DNA from: an uncultured virus (IMG/VR IMGVR_UViG_3300035698_024194)
Lineage: Duplodnaviria; Heunggongvirae; Uroviricota; Caudoviricetes
Direction: 5' to 3' (one strand)
Virus record (IMG/VR): IMGVR_UViG_3300035698_024194
Length of the DNA: 64,000 bases
This document shows, in pieces, positions 56,982-64,000 of this stretch (position 1 is the first letter of the stretch; each line of letters opens with the position of its first letter). The notes below the pieces were generated by a model that searched no databases, was not told the DNA's origin, and worked only from the letters and a program-made list of their open reading frames with translations. A program made the translations under genes and the position numbers.

Positions 56982-58357
56982 TTATTTATCCCTACTAGAG
57001 TTTCATTATATTCTTTGAATTTTTCATTTATATATTGCTCGGATTCACGAGCTAATCTTTTCATTTTAAACCCACCCTTCATCTTTCTGAAGAAGGCCCC
57101 TCTTCCTTTACTATTAAGTTCTTCATAATCTTTATATATTTGATCAGCATCAATTTGCCTATAAATAAAGCTATAAGGAACAGTAGTACATTTTCCCCTA
57201 TCATAAGCTGAACACATTGTTACTTGTTTTTCTCTGTCATCCATTATTATAAATGTATTCCATCCCATTAAAAATAATCTATGTACCTTTTTAGGATCTG
57301 CAAACATATCTTCTTTTTCATCTTTATTCATTACTGCAATTGCCGCAGCATATTGTTTAGTAGGTAATCCTGTAGGCATCTTCTTAAAAGATCCTGCATT
57401 TATCAAAGCTTTCTTTGAAAGTAATATTGAAAAATACCAATCAGACTTTGTATTTCCTATTTCATCTGGAGATAATGTTCCAAATATATATTCATAATAT
57501 TTCTTTAAAGTTTTTGTAACATATGTGCTATATAATGCTCGTAATATACCACGAGACATTGCTTTAAATAAATATCTCAATGTATTAGAATAATAATCAT
57601 CACGAAGAACTTGATACATTGAACCAAAATTCTTTGCTATAACTGGAAGTATTTTAACTCCAATTGTCATCGGGCGTGCTTGATAATAAGTTTCATTCAA
57701 TCGATAATCATGAATTTCAATACTTGGAGCCATTTGAATCATTGTAGGAACAAACCCCATATCCATTATTGGTTTAAGTCCTGCTTTCCCCACTGTAGCA
57801 GGAACATTGGCTACAGCTTTTTCAATACGAGAATCTAATTCTCGTTGGTAATTAACTATTTCTTCTTTTCCTGATTTATAACTATCAATATTATATTTTG
57901 CCTGTAATTTACCTATATCTGTATATAACATTGCTTGTTGGTCTCTTTGATCTTTCTTCCACCTTTGTAAATCCTTTACTTCCGATGTAGTAGGAGTAGT
58001 GTTCTTATTAGAAACTAACATTATATTCTGCTCGAGTTTATCTAACCTATCCAACTGGAGTCTTATATTATTATCACTTTTAATTCGAGAGTCGACTGCT
58101 TTTGAATTTCTTATTATGTCTGTTAACCCGTTATTTGCTTCAGTTAATAATTCTTTACTTCCATCAAATAATGTATTTTCTATACGTATATTGCTCGCTT
58201 TGCCTGAACTACTTAAATCAATTTTAAACTTTAAATCTCCACTTAATATAGCATCACTAATATGATGTAAATAATAAGCCTCTAAAGTTTTTAAAATACC
58301 AGGCAATAGTCTCTTATCAACATTTTCAGACACCAATGCTGGAAAAGTAAAAATCAT
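56978..58357 (-). CDS. Putative virion structural protein
   Basis: 459 aa in the late cluster; LLTEA-type site. Confidence 0.65.
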   Translation of the reverse strand: MIFTFPALVSENVDKRLLPGILKTLEAYYLHHISDAILSGDLKFKIDLSSSGKASNIRIENTLFDGSKELLTEANNGLTDIIRNSKAVDSRIKSDNNIRLQLDRLDKLEQNIMLVSNKNTTPTTSEVKDLQRWKKDQRDQQAMLYTDIGKLQAKYNIDSYKSGKEEIVNYQRELDSRIEKAVANVPATVGKAGLKPIMDMGFVPTMIQMAPSIEIHDYRLNETYYQARPMTIGVKILPVIAKNFGSMYQVLRDDYYSNTLRYLFKAMSRGILRALYSTYVTKTLKKYYEYIFGTLSPDEIGNTKSDWYFSILLSKKALINAGSFKKMPTGLPTKQYAAAIAVMNKDEKEDMFADPKKVHRLFLMGWNTFIIMDDREKQVTMCSAYDRGKCTTVPYSFIYRQIDADQIYKDYEELNSKGRGAFFRKMKGGFKMKRLARESEQYINEKFKEYNETLVGINK

Positions 58358-58374
58358 TATTTTCTCCTTACATC

Positions 58375-58659
58375 TTAGAGCCAGCTAACCCCATCACCAA
58401 AATCAACATGTTTTGTAGGATATCTGCTTTTGTTCTTTTTCTTGGCAGGAGATATAGGAATTTTATGACTTTTATTTATATCTTCTTTAACAGACGCGAT
58501 AACTTCGGATTTGGTTATTATAGGCTCTTCTAGTAATTCTTTTGGATTTGAAAGTATTTTAGCTGATTTCTTGGCTAATTGAACTTTAACTTTAGGAACA
58601 CTTTTTCTTGAAACCTTATTAGATTCATTTACAATTTTCTCAATTATACTTTGGTACAT
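58375..58659 (-). CDS. Small basic protein
   Basis: 94-aa ORF, IIEKIVNES leader. Confidence 0.6.
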   Translation of the reverse strand: MYQSIIEKIVNESNKVSRKSVPKVKVQLAKKSAKILSNPKELLEEPIITKSEVIASVKEDINKSHKIPISPAKKKNKSRYPTKHVDFGDGVSWL

Positions 58660-59180
58660 GTCTTAGCCAAACGAATAATGGCAGTTCTCATTTGCTTATA
58701 TGAATCTTCTAACATCTGTCCTGTAAAATCATCACATGCAGTTTTCATTGTAGCTTCAATAACAGGAATCCCTATAAGTGCATTATCAAGAGCTAATTGA
58801 GTAAATTTTTCCTTGATAACTTTATCTGCAAATTTATCCATGTTAGAAGTATTTCTTCCTTCACGAACAATTTTCTTTTTCAATGCTTCACGTACTCTAG
58901 CTTCGGCCATAATATTAGTAGCCATTTTTCTAGCAAAGATTGCATTTTTCTGAGCTGCTTCAGTTAATGTTTTAACTGATGTTGGTTGTATTTCATATTT
59001 TGGTACATATTTAATATGATTATAGTACTCAAATAATGAACTTAAAAAAGCACCTTTCAAAGAAATATATTGTTCAAACTTCTTTGCTTCTTTAATAACC
59101 TTTTTTGCATGGTCATTAAATAAAATACTATCAATTACATACCAGTCTTCTAAAATTTTTACCTTAATAGGACTTAACAT
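58644..59180 (-). CDS. Hypothetical (putative head) protein
   Basis: 178 aa, AGGAGG RBS, late motif upstream. Confidence 0.7.
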   Translation of the reverse strand: MLSPIKVKILEDWYVIDSILFNDHAKKVIKEAKKFEQYISLKGAFLSSLFEYYNHIKYVPKYEIQPTSVKTLTEAAQKNAIFARKMATNIMAEARVREALKKKIVREGRNTSNMDKFADKVIKEKFTQLALDNALIGIPVIEATMKTACDDFTGQMLEDSYKQMRTAIIRLAKTCTKV

Positions 59181-59220
59181 ATCACAAGCCTCCTGATTAT
59201 TTTTATCATAAAGTTAATTC

Positions 59221-59234
59221 TTTTATTTTTGTTC
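59221..59234 (-). promoter_or_regulatory. Putative late promoter GAACAAAAATAAAA
   Basis: Identical 14-mer to 40336-40349; overlaps the recA stop codon. Confidence 0.45.
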
Positions 59235-60611
59235 TATTATACTTTCTAACCTCTCCTCAATTTCAGAAACTACCTTCTCAGTAGAGAATTTATCAATATA
59301 TTCAGTTTTAATAACATCTTTTACTGAATCATCAAATGCCTTTTTAAATTCTTCATTTTCAGCATATTTAGCAGGCAATTCTTTTTTCCTACATTTAACA
59401 TTTGGCAATATTGCTAATTTAGCCCACCCACCTGCTGCGTCTGCTCTCTTAAATGTATTAAGAAGATGCCAATTAGTCCAGAAATTACTTACACCTTTAT
59501 TGAAATCTACTATCAACTGAATAGGTATTTTTGGTGGAAATAATTTATTCTTGACAAACATTGCTTCAAGCATTACTCCATTAAATCCCCATTCCTCTAC
59601 CTTTAAATCGCCCTTAACCTTAAGTAAAAGCATATGGAAAGCATTATATTTAAGTGCATTACCACCAGGCATCGTCTTATCACCAATCCATCTCAGGTCG
59701 TTGGCAGTTTTAAACATACCCATATCAATCTTTTCTCGTAACTGATTTACTACTATAAGACCAATATTATATTCTTCAAGTTTAGCAACATACTTTGGAA
59801 GAAGTGTTGATATTACACGAGCACGTAATCCGATGAATTTATTAATATCCATCTCTGTACTCTCTTTTTCTTTTTCAGTTATTGTATTAGCAATTGAATC
59901 CCATGCAATTATACTAGGATTCTCTTGAAGATTTTTAAGTTCTTTAAAAGCACTTACTGCTTCAATTGTCTTAAATACACTTTCAACTGATTTAGCTGGA
60001 TGTGGAGTAACAGGTGGATTTTGAACACCTAAACTGATAAGTCTTTGTTTTGTTGTTGCTTCTTCAGAATCCATATAAACATTTAATACTCTACCACGAT
60101 ATTTCTTTTGATTGGTAGCAATTGTTTGTCCTAATAATGCACTTTTAAATGTTCCAGGATTACCTATAATAAGAGTAACTGCTCCAGCTGCAAATCCGCC
60201 ACCTGCTATTATATCAAGTAAATCCACACCAGTAGGAAGAAGATACTTCGTACCACTACCTTGTGATATTTCAGCTTTTTCTTTTATAAACCCAAGAAGT
60301 TCTTTTTGAAGTTCTGCAGATGATATCAATTCTGCATTAGACAATTCATCTTTATCATATTCCAATTCATCTTCAACTGTTTTCTTCTTTTCCTTTTCTT
60401 TTTCCTTTTCTTTTATATTTTTTGTTTCATCATGTTTCTTTTTATTATCTCTTATTTGTTTCTTTTCCTCTGCAGTCAAATTTTTAGCAATTGCATCTGC
60501 GATTCCTGCTGGAGTCTTTTCTACTTCTTTCTCCAAAGCAGCATCATTAATTTCAGTGCTATCTCCCTCAATGCCAGTATCATCATCTAAATTCAATTCA
60601 TCTTTACCCAT
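59223..60611 (-). CDS. recA: RecA/UvsX-like recombinase with charged N-terminal extension
   Basis: LPTGVDLLDII.GGG, GNPGTFKS, MDSE, WDS, VNQLR, PGGNALKY, KNK. Confidence 0.92.
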   Translation of the reverse strand: MGKDELNLDDDTGIEGDSTEINDAALEKEVEKTPAGIADAIAKNLTAEEKKQIRDNKKKHDETKNIKEKEKEKEKKKTVEDELEYDKDELSNAELISSAELQKELLGFIKEKAEISQGSGTKYLLPTGVDLLDIIAGGGFAAGAVTLIIGNPGTFKSALLGQTIATNQKKYRGRVLNVYMDSEEATTKQRLISLGVQNPPVTPHPAKSVESVFKTIEAVSAFKELKNLQENPSIIAWDSIANTITEKEKESTEMDINKFIGLRARVISTLLPKYVAKLEEYNIGLIVVNQLREKIDMGMFKTANDLRWIGDKTMPGGNALKYNAFHMLLLKVKGDLKVEEWGFNGVMLEAMFVKNKLFPPKIPIQLIVDFNKGVSNFWTNWHLLNTFKRADAAGGWAKLAILPNVKCRKKELPAKYAENEEFKKAFDDSVKDVIKTEYIDKFSTEKVVSEIEERLESIIEQK

Positions 60612-60636
60612 TATACAACCTCCTTTAAAAACGTTA

Positions 60637-61020
60637 TTATACTTTTATATTTTGTTCAGGTTCCGGCGTTTCTTTATCAGCACTTTTACTAGTTAGTTCA
60701 GTTAGTTCAACTGCTAACTTCCTTACATCAGCGGGTTTCATTACTCCCTCTTCAGTTTTATCTTGACGTCTTAATGTAATTTCATCTTTTATTACTTTAT
60801 TCAATTCCTGTTTTAGTCTAAGTTTACTATTTAAAAATTCTGTTATAGCTTTTACTTTTTCTTGAACAGCCCACTTATTTCTATAATTGGCTTCCGTAGG
60901 AAATATTGCATCTATTTTAGTTTCATATGATACAAGTTTTGTAATATCTAATTTTATTGACTCTCTAGATTCGCCTAACTGTTTCAATAAATCATCAACA
61001 ATTACATCATGTTTTGCCAT
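60637..61020 (-). CDS. Hypothetical coiled-coil protein
   Basis: 127-aa ORF in operon. Confidence 0.7.
   Translation of the reverse strand: MAKHDVIVDDLLKQLGESRESIKLDITKLVSYETKIDAIFPTEANYRNKWAVQEKVKAITEFLNSKLRLKQELNKVIKDEITLRRQDKTEEGVMKPADVRKLAVELTELTSKSADKETPEPEQNIKV
60643..60657 (-). promoter_or_regulatory. Putative late promoter GAACAAAATATAAAA
   Basis: About 30 bp upstream of recA, inside the 3' end of the previous gene. Confidence 0.4.
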
Positions 61021-61021
61021 T

Positions 61022-61723
61022 TTATTTACCTATCTTCAGAAAGAATACTTTATTTTTTGTACGAAAAATCCCATTATCAATATAGAAAAATTTATCTTTA
61101 AGTATCACTGGTGGCTCATTTACTCTTGATATATTCTCCACTGGCGTGTGTCCAAATACAAAAGTTGTGTTTTTATAAATAGGAAGAATTTTAGGTTGAT
61201 AATCAGACTTCTTTAATTTTTGAAGAAAATTGTCAGAATCATATATTAGATTGAGTTTACTTTGTGCTTGAGGAGATTTGTTTGTTTGCCATGAAGCGTG
61301 CGACATGATCCAATCAATAGTACCTATCTTTTCGTGATAATACCACCTCAATTTTTCAGTCATATCAATAAATTGTTTATATGTATATGTACCATTTTCA
61401 ATTTCTTCTATAACAATATTAGCTATATTTTTATTTTTTGTGTATCCCGCATGTCCACCAAACCACGCCCACATTTTATTAGTATTTCCTGAATCAAATC
61501 TCCTCAAAACCTCATTTCTCATTCGCGCTTCACTGTTCCCGATTACAAATACATATTTTGGATTATCAATATTATCAAACATAAATTTTAGGCATTCTCG
61601 TTGCTCTCTGCCTTTATTAAAAAAATCACCAAGAATAATAAGTTTTTTAAATCCACTAGGAATACTTCTTTTGAATTTTGTAAAACATGCGTGTACATCA
61701 CTAATTACAAAAATTCCACCCAT
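61022..61723 (-). CDS. Calcineurin-like metallophosphoesterase (Ser/Thr phosphatase-like)
   Basis: SDVHA, LGDFFNKG, GNSE, SHA, FGHTP, IDNG. Confidence 0.88.
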   Translation of the reverse strand: MGGIFVISDVHACFTKFKRSIPSGFKKLIILGDFFNKGREQRECLKFMFDNIDNPKYVFVIGNSEARMRNEVLRRFDSGNTNKMWAWFGGHAGYTKNKNIANIVIEEIENGTYTYKQFIDMTEKLRWYYHEKIGTIDWIMSHASWQTNKSPQAQSKLNLIYDSDNFLQKLKKSDYQPKILPIYKNTTFVFGHTPVENISRVNEPPVILKDKFFYIDNGIFRTKNKVFFLKIGK

Positions 61724-62523
61724 TATATATACGCCTTAATAAGAGTTAAATTTAATTTTCTTATTTTCCAAGCATCTTTCATTTTTTGTCGAATTGTCTC
61801 AGTATGTTTTTTACCATAATATCCATTTTTTTCACCCATTATACTTTTACTTATATTATTTCTCCATTCAATTGTAATTTTTCGATTTTTAAGTTTTTTA
61901 CATGTTTCTTTTGAAATAATACGAGTCTTCTGAAATTCAGAATTTTGTTTTCTTGTTTCTTTTGAATGGTGTTTTCCATAAAATGAATTTTTTTCTCCTA
62001 CACGTAATTTAGCAGCATCACTACATTTTTTCTTAGTTTCTTCTGAAAGAATTCTACCTGTAGAAGCAATACTTATTTTTTCCCGAGTTTCAATACTTAA
62101 TTTACGACCTGTGCAGCTTCTGCTTCTTTTTCGTTTTTGTTCTTCATTATATTTATAACCTGATGTACCTTCTCCTCCATCAGTCATATTTGTTAAAGAT
62201 CCTAATTTTAAATCATTTCTACCTATCATCCATATTAACCATATTTCAAGATCAAAAGCTTCTTGTTCTTTTAAATCTTCTTCAACTTTTAAAATTATAG
62301 GTTCTAAATTTTCTTTTAAAATTTTTCTAATCTTATTTAATTTATGTTGATTATATTTTTCAAAATTGGTTTTAGCTTCCCTCAAATGAGCACTTGATTG
62401 TATCCCTTTTCCTTTACCTACATAGAAAGGTTCATATTCAAACTTATATTTTCCATATGTAAATATCCCCTTACATCGAGGATCTAAATAAATATAAGTA
62501 TAAAATTTCCTTTCCTCGCTCAT
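61723..62523 (-). CDS. Homing endonuclease (GIY-YIG-like plus NUMOD3), paralog of 37307-38341
   Basis: FYTYIYLDP..EPFYVGKG, NMTDGGEG, NSFYGKHHS; RBS favours the ATG at 62523. Confidence 0.85.
   Translation of the reverse strand: MSEERKFYTYIYLDPRCKGIFTYGKYKFEYEPFYVGKGKGIQSSAHLREAKTNFEKYNQHKLNKIRKILKENLEPIILKVEEDLKEQEAFDLEIWLIWMIGRNDLKLGSLTNMTDGGEGTSGYKYNEEQKRKRSRSCTGRKLSIETREKISIASTGRILSEETKKKCSDAAKLRVGEKNSFYGKHHSKETRKQNSEFQKTRIISKETCKKLKNRKITIEWRNNISKSIMGEKNGYYGKKHTETIRQKMKDAWKIRKLNLTLIKAYI
62124..62346. repeat. 223-bp direct repeat, copy 2
   Basis: Near-identical to 37927-38149. Confidence 0.9.
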
Positions 62524-62530
62524 AACTCCC

Positions 62531-63076
62531 TTATACACTTTTTTGAAGAAGTTTAACTTTATCTTTAATTTTTCGTATTTCAATTTTATAATCATTTTTA
62601 CAAGAAACAGGATTAATATGACGATTACATTTATTCATTCTATTTCCAAGAGCAATCATTGTATCTTGATATGCTTTTATTTTTGTTTTAACAAGACATT
62701 TTGTTAAGGCGTCTCCACGAAATCTTTTACATCCATCAATATATTTTTTAGCAATCATTTTATAAAACATCACAGACAACGTACCTGCCGCCATTATACC
62801 TGCTCCAACTTTTCCTGTTTTTGCAGTTTTTGGATACTTAACAGCAGCATCTCTTATTTTATTATTTATATTTTTATATGCTCCATATAATGTCTGCTCA
62901 TCTAATTTATGTAATTTATTTTTACCGCCTGTAATCACACGAATTAATTGTTCATCCGTTGCTTCATTTAAAACAAATAATTTCAATCCACAGGGATCTG
63001 ATTTTTCTTCTATTATATCTACAAGTGTTGATCTTATAATAGGAATAAGATCAACACCATCAATTATTAAATTCAT
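62531..63076 (-). CDS. Cys-rich basic putative virion protein (paralog family)
   Basis: NEATDEQ, GAGIMAAG segment, C...KC...KC....NPVSC. Confidence 0.7.
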   Translation of the reverse strand: MNLIIDGVDLIPIIRSTLVDIIEEKSDPCGLKLFVLNEATDEQLIRVITGGKNKLHKLDEQTLYGAYKNINNKIRDAAVKYPKTAKTGKVGAGIMAAGTLSVMFYKMIAKKYIDGCKRFRGDALTKCLVKTKIKAYQDTMIALGNRMNKCNRHINPVSCKNDYKIEIRKIKDKVKLLQKSV

Positions 63077-63088
63077 AATAAAATCTTC

Positions 63089-63565
63089 TTAATTCAATTG
63101 AGCTTTAGCGTCTATTATTGTACCTTTGTTTTGAGCTATCTTTACCTTACATGCTCCCATTTTCTTAATAACAAGTTTTCTACATTTTTCAGGATCTTTA
63201 GTATTTTTACATTTAGCAAGCATTGGTTTATAAAGTTTTAATTGTGCAATTTGTTCTTTCATTTTACAACTAGCAACACATAATTGTTTTCCAGCAGTAT
63301 TAACTACAGCATCCATAACATTATAACTACATTTACGAACACATTTACTTGCAGCTATTTGAATACCTTTATATAATGCCCAAGCACTAGGAAAAAATAA
63401 AAATAATCCAACAACACTCCATACGGTATTTGAAGTTACACTTTCTTTTAATATAAGTTTTCTAATTTCTTTCTCGTTCATTGAATGAAGACGTTCTAAT
63501 AATGTAACATTAGGATTATCTTTAAGAGATATATATTCTACTAACAACTTTTTTATGCTTGCCAT
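63089..63565 (-). CDS. Cys-rich basic putative virion protein (paralog family)
   Basis: LKES, hydrophobic VWSVVGLFLFF, KCVRKC...CVASC...KC...DPEKC. Confidence 0.7.
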   Translation of the reverse strand: MASIKKLLVEYISLKDNPNVTLLERLHSMNEKEIRKLILKESVTSNTVWSVVGLFLFFPSAWALYKGIQIAASKCVRKCSYNVMDAVVNTAGKQLCVASCKMKEQIAQLKLYKPMLAKCKNTKDPEKCRKLVIKKMGACKVKIAQNKGTIIDAKAQLN

Positions 63566-63589
63566 TTTAAATACTCCTTATTTAATTTA

Positions 63590-64000
63590 CTATTCTTTTA
63601 ATTTGGCCATATTAGCTTCATGTTTACTTATAGCCTTTGAGTATCTAGATTTGCAGTCCATAGGATTTCCTGCTCTATTACATTGGCTAACAGCTGTTCT
63701 TAATGCTCGTACAGCTTCTCTTTCAGCATTTAATTTTATATTTGTTATACATTGTTTAAAATCACTACCAATTTTACCAGCACATCTTTTAGCATTAGCT
63801 GATAAGAATTTTTTATAAACCCAAGAAGAAGCTCCAGCTACTGCTACTGATCCAGCTACCCACTTACCATATTTAGAAACATTAGGATGAGATTTTAAAT
63901 AAGATTTAACTCCACTATTCATTCTATTATACATTTTCAAGAAAGATGCTTTTGCTTCCGCAGATTTTTCTTTTACTCCTTCTTCAAGCAATTCATCGAC
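63590..64000 (-). CDS. Cys-rich basic putative virion protein (paralog family), probably 5'-truncated by the window edge
   Basis: Frame open to the window end; VAGSVAVAG segment, RC...QC...QC...NPMDC. Confidence 0.7.
   Translation of the reverse strand, partial: VDELLEEGVKEKSAEAKASFLKMYNRMNSGVKSYLKSHPNVSKYGKWVAGSVAVAGASSWVYKKFLSANAKRCAGKIGSDFKQCITNIKLNAEREAVRALRTAVSQCNRAGNPMDCKSRYSKAISKHEANMAKLKE

Noticed and set aside
60380..60420. Short TTTTCC-type repeats in recA
   Set aside because: They simply encode the KEKEKEKEK low-complexity segment
1..64000. Genome-wide stop-codon reassignment (TAG or TGA)
   Set aside because: Long conserved genes are intact in code 11, and TAG and TGA end several genes at sensible positions; only one in-frame TAG case was found
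1..64000. CRISPR array, tRNA/rRNA genes, IS elements, diversity-generating retroelement
   Set aside because: No regularly spaced repeats, cloverleafs, transposase or reverse transcriptase seen; the 223-bp repeat is explained by paralogous endonucleases
1..64000. Phage nucleus genes (chimallin, PhuZ tubulin) or uracil-DNA genes
   Set aside because: No tubulin GGGTGSG motif or recognisable shell, UDG-inhibitor or dUTP-pathway gene in this window; cannot be excluded elsewhere in the genome

Overview
AT-rich, densely coding segment of a large (jumbo) tailed phage genome. Almost all genes lie on the minus strand, with one 4-gene plus-strand island at 46061-48916. The left half (1-31 kb) covers DNA replication, modification and transcription: a partial class-II glutamine amidotransferase, a SAM methyltransferase, a short PolB-like protein, FolE2, a first multisubunit RNA polymerase beta/beta' pair, a ThiF/E1-like module, SbcCD, a UvsW-type helicase, QueD, a type II topoisomerase (A subunit with an HNH intein), a radical SAM enzyme and an SSB. 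The right half (31-64 kb) is mostly virion genes: a second, divergent beta/beta' pair, baseplate spike, PAAR and wedge proteins, an amidase, many basic putative internal head proteins, RecA/UvsX and two near-identical homing endonucleases. Main observations: (1) two complete, unsplit RNAP beta/beta' sets plus a probable AR9 gp226/phiKZ gp68-type sigma-like subunit and two recurring promoter motifs; (2) a candidate phage-encoded E1/ubiquitin-like/E2-like module next to the RNAP operon; (3) dispersed 7-deazaguanine pathway genes; (4) six small proteins sharing a C-terminal motif, placed next to core replication genes; (5) a Cys-rich paralogous virion protein family. All calls come from motif recognition by eye; no searches were run. 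No tRNA, rRNA or CRISPR array was seen.
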